Source: an uncultured bacterium
Lineage (GTDB): Bacteria; Omnitrophota; Omnitrophia; Omnitrophales; Danuiimicrobiaceae
NCBI GenBank assembly: GCA_964373885.1
Contig: CAYJWM010000001.1
Span: 5,580-69,579, forward strand
DNA: 64,000 bases
Direction: 5' to 3'
A model generated the notes under the pieces. It did no database searches. It had not been told where the DNA came from and saw only the letters and a program-made list of their open reading frames with translations. How positions within the stretch are numbered: the first letter of the stretch is position 1; each line of letters starts with the position of its first letter. Below are positions 57,808-64,000 of the stretch, piece after piece. Made by a program: the position numbers and the translations under genes.

Positions 57808-57857
57808 TTTTCCTCCCCTTCACCCTATCAAAAGGATCTTTAGTGCCAATCTAGATT

Positions 57858-58373
57858 TTAGAAGATTCCCGGTTGAGAATGATTGTCTAAAACTGAAAGC
57901 AGTCTTTTGAGCCGTCGATTCAGCTGTTCCACCTCATGAGGAGGAGTTTTCTCGATTAGGCCTTGAGTTTCATGATCAATGGTTTCAAGAAACCGTTTAA
58001 GATCAAAAGGTTTTAGAAGAAAATCGCTGACTCCAAGTTGAAAAGCGTTTTTCCGGGTATCCGGACTGTCATAGGCGGTAATGACGATGAATCCCGAGGC
58101 TCCGATTCCAGCTTTTTCTTGAAATTCCTGAATATGCTTGATCGTCATAAGGCCGTCAAGGCCCGGCATGCGGATGTCGCAGAGCACAAGATGAAAGTAG
58201 CCGCTTCTTGCTTTTTTAATCCCCTCGTACCCATCGTGAGCGATGTCGACAAAATAACCTTCTTTGCGAAGAACGCGCTCGAGCGTGTGAGTCAAAAGCG
58301 GGTCATCGTCGATGACGAGAATTGAGGCCTTCTCAGTACCCGCTGAAACGGACAGACGCACCACCCCCTTCAA
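57858..58373 (-). CDS. Response regulator receiver-domain protein with a short C-terminal extension and no recognisable output domain
   Basis: ILVIDDDP...LVLCDIRMPGLDG...ITAY...KPF. The start may be a GTG at 58361/58364 rather than the TTG at 58373. Confidence 0.8.
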   Translation of the reverse strand: MKGVVRLSVSAGTEKASILVIDDDPLLTHTLERVLRKEGYFVDIAHDGYEGIKKARSGYFHLVLCDIRMPGLDGLMTIKHIQEFQEKAGIGASGFIVITAYDSPDTRKNAFQLGVSDFLLKPFDLKRFLETIDHETQGLIEKTPPHEVEQLNRRLKRLLSVLDNHSQPGIF

Positions 58374-58632
58374 TCTGGTTTATCATATTACTGCTGAAGG
58401 GGGTAATAGGGAAGGAGAAATGGGTGCCTACCACGAATGGCACTGACTTAAGGAAAAAAAGCGGTTTTACCTGTGGATTCCCGCTTAAGACGTGCGGGAA
58501 TGACAGATAATGCAATATGTCATCCCACGGCTTGACCGGGGGATCTGCACCACAAAAACTGCTTAAGGAAGCGCCATTGGTGCCTACCACTTCATACAGC
58601 TGTCATTCTGAGGCGACACCACAAGGGTGCTG

Positions 58633-58691
58633 CTTCGCTGAGCCGAAGAATCTATGAGTCATAGATCCTTCGCTATCGCTCAGGATGACAC
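58633..58691. repeat. Imperfect palindromic doublet. An inverted copy of the 28-bp repeat (58660-58688) is paired head-to-head with a degenerate copy (58636-58657), giving a BIME/REP-like hairpin.
   Basis: Perfect 7-bp core TCTATGA-G-TCATAGA extended by CGAAG/CTTCG and CTGAGC/GCTCAG arms with a 5-nt bulge. Confidence 0.6.
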
Positions 58692-59136
58692 GAAAAGCAA
58701 CTGTATCAAGTGGGATGCACCCGGAGAAATAAGGGGTTGCTTCAGGGATAAAGAGTGGAGCGGCCAAAGTTGCCCCTCATCAGCTTTTGAATGAAGCTTT
58801 TCGGCCAGCGCTGATTTCGATGCCATACACGTTTGTCCTTAGAAGTGACGGCATCGCACTTGATCGTTAAGATCAAGTGTCGAGTCCGTCAAAACTCTCG
58901 CGGCCCCGATTTCGATGAATGCAATAACTTAAAGGTGAAATCGGGGCTGCTATTATTTTCCTTGTGTGTCATATTTGCGACATATTTTGGCACCCTTTGA
59001 GCTAAATTGCCAACAGCATTTTGAGGTCTTTGAGGTCTTGTCCGCGTGGGAACAGTGCATTAAGAAGAGGTGGTTTTGTTTTTCGGAAACTTAGTGAGCA
59101 TTAACACTGCCCCTGTTTTACAAAATCATTCGAAGC

Positions 59137-59883
59137 TCAAAAAGACAAGGCGTGCAAAAGCTTGAGGGCGGCAACGAGTAAGACAACAGCCAAAATGCGT
59201 TTAAGCCATATTCCAGAAAAGTGGTTTGCTCCCAACCGCGACCCGAGGATGCTTCCAGCAAATGCGGTTACAATCATATAGGTTAATACCGAAGTAAGCT
59301 CAAAATGCCCTCTGGCCAATCTTCCTAATAAACCAGCGAAAGAATTCACCCAGATAAAAAAGGCGGAGGCCGCTGCCGTCCTCTTAGGATCAGCCCAATG
59401 AAAAAGCAATAAAAGTGGACTTAAAAAAATACCGCCACCGACTCCAACGATACCCGAAAGGATTCCAATGAATCCTCCTACAAGTAACGAAATCGCAAAG
59501 GGAAGTGAATGTTTTATTTCCTGCTTACCTCTCTCGAATTCCATTAGCAAACGCCAAGCAGCAAACATAAGGACGCCCGCAAGGAGAAAAAAATAAATCC
59601 TTGGAGGAACTTTCAGAAAGCCCCCGATGAAAGCAAATGGAATCGAAGCAATGGCAAATGGCCAAGTCAGTTTCCAAGAAAAATGAGACGCCCTTAAAAA
59701 ATTCCAAAAGGCCGTCCCTGCCACGAGAAGATTGAGACACAAAGCGCTCGTGGCCATTTGGGCATGCGGAATGGCAAAAAATGAAAGAAGTGCGAGATAA
59801 CCTGAAGCTCCTCCATGGCCAACAGAGGAATAAACCAAGGAGATTAAGAAAGTGAAGACTGTAAGTGTAAGACCTTCTGGCAA
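59137..59883 (-). CDS. TSUP-family (TauE/SafE, DUF81) membrane transporter
   Basis: Internally duplicated 4+4 TM pattern with Gly-rich GxxGxGGG motifs. Confidence 0.8.
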   Translation of the reverse strand: MPEGLTLTVFTFLISLVYSSVGHGGASGYLALLSFFAIPHAQMATSALCLNLLVAGTAFWNFLRASHFSWKLTWPFAIASIPFAFIGGFLKVPPRIYFFLLAGVLMFAAWRLLMEFERGKQEIKHSLPFAISLLVGGFIGILSGIVGVGGGIFLSPLLLLFHWADPKRTAAASAFFIWVNSFAGLLGRLARGHFELTSVLTYMIVTAFAGSILGSRLGANHFSGIWLKRILAVVLLVAALKLLHALSF

Positions 59884-60383
59884 TCCCCTACCTCCCCATG
59901 AATCAATTTCACTGCATGAATTAAAACATCCTTTAAAATTTCAAAGGCGTCTTGGACAGCACTCGGGCTTCCGGGTAAGTTAACGATCAACGTCTTCCCG
60001 CGTACGCCCGCTACGGCTCGGGAAAGCATCGCAAATTTTGTTTTCTTCATGGACTCATGCCTAATGGCCTCTGAAATCCCAGGAATTTCCTTCTCGATGA
60101 GCTCTTTAGTTGCTTCGGGCGTTACATCCCTTGGACCTAAACCTGTCCCGCCTGTGGTCAAAACTAAATCACAAAAAAAGAGGTCCGCCATGTGAATAAT
60201 CACTTTCCGGATTACTTCCTTTTCATCAGGAACAACGCGATAAGCGATCACCTCAGCACCCAGGCGTTCCTCAATCAGGAATTTGAGAAGAAGGCCGCTT
60301 TCGTCCTTTCGCTCTTGCCTAGAACAACGATCACTCGCCGTTAAAATTCCTACTTTGACTAATGGAATAGTCATTTTTTCCAC
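59844..60383 (-). CDS. mogA: Molybdenum cofactor biosynthesis protein MogA/MoaB (molybdopterin adenylyltransferase family)
   Basis: VGILTASDR ... LVLTTGGTGLGPRDVTPEA ... GKTLIVNLPGSP. Confidence 0.85.
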   Translation of the reverse strand: MEKMTIPLVKVGILTASDRCSRQERKDESGLLLKFLIEERLGAEVIAYRVVPDEKEVIRKVIIHMADLFFCDLVLTTGGTGLGPRDVTPEATKELIEKEIPGISEAIRHESMKKTKFAMLSRAVAGVRGKTLIVNLPGSPSAVQDAFEILKDVLIHAVKLIHGEVGDCQKVLHLQSSLS

Positions 60384-60822
60384 CTGACTTTTGAATTAAA
60401 TGAAGATTGTTAATCACCATGGCGGGATCGTAGCTTTTTGCCATATCGTAAATCGTGAGCGCTGCGGTCATCGCCCCTGTCAAAGCTTCCATTTCCACTC
60501 CGGTCTTCGCAGTCGTTCGAACATAAGACTCAATGAGAATTCCGTCGCCTTGAGGTCGATCTAAAAAACGAATCTCAATATGTTCCAAAGGTAAAGGATG
60601 ACATAAGGGAATGAGCTCAAATGTTCTCTTTGCGGCAAGAATTCCCGCCGTTTTGGCGACCGTGAAAGCATCTCCTTTTTTGATTTGCCCATTTTGGAGA
60701 AGCATGAACGTTTCAGGTTTCATCTGAATCTCGCAGGCTGCAATGGCAGAGCGTTCTGTCGGCTGCTTCCCGCCAACATCCACCATATTCGCTTCTCCTT
60801 TTTCATTAAGATGAGAAAGCAT
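60331..60822 (-). CDS. moaC: Cyclic pyranopterin monophosphate synthase accessory protein MoaC
   Basis: MVDVGGK...AAKRTFELIPLCHPLPL...TGVEMEALTGAMTAALTIYDM aligns with E. coli MoaC. Confidence 0.9.
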   Translation of the reverse strand: MLSHLNEKGEANMVDVGGKQPTERSAIAACEIQMKPETFMLLQNGQIKKGDAFTVAKTAGILAAKRTFELIPLCHPLPLEHIEIRFLDRPQGDGILIESYVRTTAKTGVEMEALTGAMTAALTIYDMAKSYDPAMVINNLHLIQKSGGKNDYSISQSRNFNGE

Positions 60823-61423
60823 CAGATTGCTCCATCTGTTTTAAAGCCCGGTGATAATCTCCCACATGATTCATGTTGGTAAGAACCTCGATTCTCTCTT
60901 GTGGTAGCACAACGGATTTGATGTCCGCGATTTCAAAAAACTGCCGCATCGAATTTTCTCCATGGTCCAGAAGCAAGCGAATCAAGAAACGACTTGAGCG
61001 ACGATAAATCCCTGGAAACGGTTGATAACTTTCTTCTGACAGTTTAAAACACACGACATCGAAATCACCTTCCCAAAAACTGACAAGCTCGCGAATGAGT
61101 AATTCATCGACAAAGGGCATATCGCACGTAAACACACAGCTTGCGAGTTCTTTTGAATACAAAAGGCCCGTATAAATTGCGGCTAATGGGCCTCGTCCTT
61201 CAATTAAATCCTCATAAATATGCGCTTCTCCCAAATCAAGGCCTCCAAGTTTCGCTTTTTCGTTAACGATGACCAAAGTTTCATTAAAAAGAATAGTTCC
61301 AAGATCGACGAGACGTTCTAAGAGCGTCTTTTCTCCAAATTTGAGGAGCGCTTTGTCTTGACCCATTCGTGAGCTTTTTCCGCCTGCTAAAATGATTGCG
61401 GTCATTGAAAACTTGCTGCCCAT
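60806..61423 (-). CDS. mobA: Molybdenum cofactor guanylyltransferase
   Basis: AIILAGGKSSRMGQDKALL N-terminus. Confidence 0.85.
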   Translation of the reverse strand: MGSKFSMTAIILAGGKSSRMGQDKALLKFGEKTLLERLVDLGTILFNETLVIVNEKAKLGGLDLGEAHIYEDLIEGRGPLAAIYTGLLYSKELASCVFTCDMPFVDELLIRELVSFWEGDFDVVCFKLSEESYQPFPGIYRRSSRFLIRLLLDHGENSMRQFFEIADIKSVVLPQERIEVLTNMNHVGDYHRALKQMEQSDAFSS

Positions 61424-61933
61424 TTAGGAAACACCCACTTCCTTTCTTATGAACTGACTCTCAATCAAGTCCGCAAGCTTATGCAACTCGTCAAAAGTAA
61501 AGGAAGGGACGCCATTTCTTCCCTCACCATCTGAACAGATGGCCACAACATTTTTCACTCGCTCCGTAAGAAGAAAATCGCCTAACTCTTTTTTATGGAC
61601 TTCAATTTTTAGGAATTCGTCTTGCCTATAGCCCTCAAGGAAAACCAAATCAAAATCCCTGAATAAAAGTAAAAGTTCCTCAAGAGGAACTTCTCCAGTT
61701 AAGTTCGCAAAAATCGCAAGGCGCTTTTTTCCAGCCAAAATGACTTTCTCGGCACCGCTCATTCGGTATCGAAAGGTATCTTTCCCAGGTTCATCAATCT
61801 CTAAATCTTGCCGCGCAAGCTGTTTCAACACACCAATTCGAAAACCTCGTGAAGTTAAAAGCACAATGAGCGCTTCAAGCACTTCCGCTTTTCCCGAACC
61901 TTTTCTTCCGACAACAGATATAACAGCTGGCAT
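61424..61933 (-). CDS. mobB: Molybdopterin-guanine dinucleotide biosynthesis adapter protein MobB
   Basis: ISVVGRKGSGKAEVLEAL P-loop and DEPGKD block. Confidence 0.85.
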   Translation of the reverse strand: MPAVISVVGRKGSGKAEVLEALIVLLTSRGFRIGVLKQLARQDLEIDEPGKDTFRYRMSGAEKVILAGKKRLAIFANLTGEVPLEELLLLFRDFDLVFLEGYRQDEFLKIEVHKKELGDFLLTERVKNVVAICSDGEGRNGVPSFTFDELHKLADLIESQFIRKEVGVS

Positions 61934-61944
61934 AGACCAATCCT

Positions 61945-63126
61945 CTAAATGATTTTTACAGATATACGTTCATTTTTCCTTAATAGGCGATTTGGCTCGA
62001 CCTTTAAAATTCCATTGGAAGCTGCAAGGGTACCAATCCTATGAGAACCTTGGCCTTTCAAAGGGGTTACTTTAAAAAATTTTCCCATTCTTTCCCAACG
62101 GACCCGGACAAAATGAAGTCTGGATCCGTTTTGAAACGATTGGGTTAAACGACCTTCAACCTCATGTTCCGGTTCTTTTCGTCCTGACATTTTTAAAATA
62201 AGAGGTTTGACAAATTCTTGGAATGTGACGAAAACCGAAACCGGATTTCCGGGAAGCCCGAACACAAAGGTTTGATTTTTCCGGCCAAAAAAAATGGGTT
62301 TTCCGGGTTTAATCGCCACCTTCCAAAAAATTTCTTTGACCCCCTCTTCTTTTAGAATTTCTTTTACAAAATCGTATCTTCCAACCGAAATACCTCCTGA
62401 AATGAGTAAAACGTCATAGATCAATCCTTTCCGAATCCATTTTCGAATTTTTTTCGGTTCATCGCCTACGCAAGGAAAAGAACAAGCCATTCCGCCTGTT
62501 TGTTCAACCAAGCCTTCAAGAAGAACGGTATTGGAATCCCGAATTTTTCCAGGTTTTAATTTTCTATTCGTTTTCAATAATTCGCTTCCTGTCGCCAAAA
62601 TTCCCACTTTTGGAGACTGATAAACCGGAATTTTTTGATACCCAACGGCCGCCAAAACGGCCAAATGCGTTGGATTAAGACGCGTTTGGCTGGAAATTAA
62701 CGCTTCTCCTTTTTTAAAGTCTTCGCCGAAAAAACGAATATTTTCTTTTGGCGAAGGTTTTCTCGAAAGAATCAAATAATCATTTACCCGTTCAACTTCT
62801 TCCTGCATGACAACCGCTTGAGTCCCTTTTGGAACATAAGCGCCCGTGAAGATCCGAACCGAATGGCCCGGTTTTAAAATTCCGTTAAAATATTCCCCGG
62901 CTTTAATTTCATGACTCACTTCAAAACCAAGCCTTTTTTTATTCACAGGAACACTTGATACAGCATAGCCATCCACCGCTGAATTATTAAAGCTCGGGAA
63001 AGGTTCGGGTGAAACAAGATCTTTGGAAACCACGCGGTCCAGACCCTTTCTTAAAGGAACGGTCTCGGTCTTTAATCGAAATGGCTCGCCTAAAATTTTT
63101 TTAATCGCTTCTTTGTAAGTAAGCAT
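61945..63126 (-). CDS. moeA: Molybdopterin molybdenumtransferase
   Basis: MoeA N, central (ISGGISVG) and C-terminal domain pattern. Start at the ATG at 63126. Confidence 0.9.
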   Translation of the reverse strand: MLTYKEAIKKILGEPFRLKTETVPLRKGLDRVVSKDLVSPEPFPSFNNSAVDGYAVSSVPVNKKRLGFEVSHEIKAGEYFNGILKPGHSVRIFTGAYVPKGTQAVVMQEEVERVNDYLILSRKPSPKENIRFFGEDFKKGEALISSQTRLNPTHLAVLAAVGYQKIPVYQSPKVGILATGSELLKTNRKLKPGKIRDSNTVLLEGLVEQTGGMACSFPCVGDEPKKIRKWIRKGLIYDVLLISGGISVGRYDFVKEILKEEGVKEIFWKVAIKPGKPIFFGRKNQTFVFGLPGNPVSVFVTFQEFVKPLILKMSGRKEPEHEVEGRLTQSFQNGSRLHFVRVRWERMGKFFKVTPLKGQGSHRIGTLAASNGILKVEPNRLLRKNERISVKII

Positions 63127-63547
63127 GTTCCACCTGACACAAACTCCACCGATTGGTTCCGTCCGAAAAATATTCTTTTTTCCAAATCGGAATTTTATGT
63201 TTAATTTCCTCAATTAAATATCTTGAAGCTTGATAAGCCTCATCGCGATGAACGCTTTTTACTTCAATCGCCACGGCGATTTGCCCAAGCCATATGCGGC
63301 CGAGCCGGTGAAGGATTTTAATTTCTTCAAGCGGCCACTTTTCAAATGCCGAGCGAACGAGTTCCTCAAGCATTCGTTCCGCCATTTCCTCATAAGCTTC
63401 ATACTCCAAATACAGTACTTTTTCCTCATTAGAGTCACCGGAGTCACTGCGAACCATTCCAAGAAAAAGCACACTTGCTCCCGCCTTAAAATCGTCATCT
63501 CGATTCAAAAACCCAACGGTCCGAATTTCATTTCTTGTTAGATACAT
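63101..63547 (-). CDS. moaE: Molybdopterin synthase catalytic subunit
   Basis: MoaE blocks (GASVLFLGMVR, IPIWKKE). Confidence 0.9.
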   Translation of the reverse strand: MYLTRNEIRTVGFLNRDDDFKAGASVLFLGMVRSDSGDSNEEKVLYLEYEAYEEMAERMLEELVRSAFEKWPLEEIKILHRLGRIWLGQIAVAIEVKSVHRDEAYQASRYLIEEIKHKIPIWKKEYFSDGTNRWSLCQVEHAYLQRSD

Positions 63548-63549
63548 CC

Positions 63550-63795
63550 TTATCCTCCACTGACAGGAGGTAAAATGGCTACCTCATCCTCTTCTGATAC
63601 ATCCACTGTCTTATCCACATATCTCCCATTGATTGCCACCAAACAAGGTTCAAGAACTGAACCAAGAGCTGGGATTTCAGTTTGCAAACGAAAAAGAACC
63701 TCCTCGCAAGAAATTTCGTCTGGCACTTCGAGAACCGTTTCTTCACAGCCAGCCATTTCCCTCAACATCGCAAACAGTTTTACTTTGACTTTCAC
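63550..63795 (-). CDS. moaD: Molybdopterin synthase sulfur-carrier subunit (ThiS/MoaD fold, C-terminal GG)
   Basis: 81 aa ending ...PPVSGG. GTG start at 63795 with GGAGG 6 nt upstream. Confidence 0.85.
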   Translation of the reverse strand: MKVKVKLFAMLREMAGCEETVLEVPDEISCEEVLFRLQTEIPALGSVLEPCLVAINGRYVDKTVDVSEEDEVAILPPVSGG

Positions 63796-63797
63796 CT

Positions 63798-64000
63798 TTA
63801 TCCTCCAATATGAGACATTTGAAAATCATTGTGCTTGATTTGGGCATCATTCAAAAAGTGCTGTTCGGGTCGTATCCAAACGACTTCTTGAATTTTCCTT
63901 TTGATGACTTCCATCGGCGTCTGCGTTCGAAGGAGCGCTTTTAAATCCAGATCCTCTTTCCCATGAAGACACGTTTTGAGGGCTCCGTTGGCTTTGAGCC
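63798..64000 (-). CDS. moaA: GTP 3',8-cyclase MoaA, C-terminal part. It is partial; the 5' end lies beyond the window.
   Basis: My manual translation of the minus strand gives ...LKTCLHGKEDLDLKALLRTQTPMEVIKRKIQEVVWIRPEQHFLNDAQIKHNDFQMSHIGG*, matching the MoaA C-terminus (...SQIGG). The stop TAA at 63798-63800 sits inside the moaD SD. Confidence 0.75.
   Translation of the reverse strand, partial: LKANGALKTCLHGKEDLDLKALLRTQTPMEVIKRKIQEVVWIRPEQHFLNDAQIKHNDFQMSHIGG

Noticed and set aside
58374-59136. RNase P RNA, tmRNA, SRP RNA or 6S RNA in the 760-bp non-coding stretch
   Set aside because: I could not find the conserved RNase P P4, tmRNA tag-reading-frame, T-loop/CCA or SRP domain IV motifs by eye. 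The hairpins are real but unclassified.
1-64000. CRISPR array, prophage, IS element or transposase
   Set aside because: There are no regularly spaced direct repeats and no integrase, transposase or phage structural genes. The repeats found are short inverted or palindromic elements.

Overview
This is a 64 kb bacterial chromosomal segment of roughly 50-55% GC by eye. It is densely coding and almost entirely minus-strand. Only a lipoate-protein ligase gene and an endonuclease/exonuclease/phosphatase (EEP) family gene are on the plus strand. All calls below were made by eye from the sequence and the ORF track; no searches were run. The recognisable content, in order along the window, is: a divergent aceE (partial) and lipoate ligase pair; hldD; a deoxyhypusine-synthase-like gene; a CheY-like regulator; a NUDIX hydrolase; a DUF62 SAM hydroxide adenosyltransferase; hflX, miaA, argS, rsfS and ogt; alanine dehydrogenase; glutamine-dependent NadE; tRNA-Ala(CGC) preceded by an 18-bp duplicate of its own 3' end; a lipid-catabolism supercluster (MAG-lipase-like hydrolase, fadD, enoyl-CoA hydratase, 3-hydroxyacyl-CoA dehydrogenase, thiolase, a three-domain cNMP-binding patatin lipase, glpK); a PilZ-YajQ-PilZ c-di-GMP receptor triad; a block of two SPOR-domain proteins, a GNAT acetyltransferase and a histone-H1-like basic protein; lepB-lepA, rpe, an M16 peptidase, ruvX, trpBA; a BatE-like/BatD-like pair; a canonical dcw core in the order murE-murF-mraY-murD-ftsW-murG-murC-murB-ddl-ftsQ-ftsA; a GAF/HD-GYP phosphodiesterase; an operon of an Arch_ATPase-type ATPase, a HIT protein and a dGTPase; a cassette of an EEP nuclease, a GYD protein and a response regulator bracketed by 28-bp inverted repeats; a 760-bp repeat-rich non-coding stretch; and a complete molybdenum-cofactor cluster (tauE, mogA, moaC, mobA, mobB, moeA, moaE, moaD, partial moaA). 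The dcw core ends at ftsA, where BatD/BatE-like genes sit instead of ftsZ, and it has no ftsI, ftsL, rsmH or mraZ upstream. Two non-coding regions look most worth follow-up: a roughly 290-bp hairpin-packed element with 22-24-bp terminal inverted repeats between the patatin gene and glpK, and the repeat architecture around 56.7-59.1 kb. I found no CRISPR array, integrase, transposase or rRNA.
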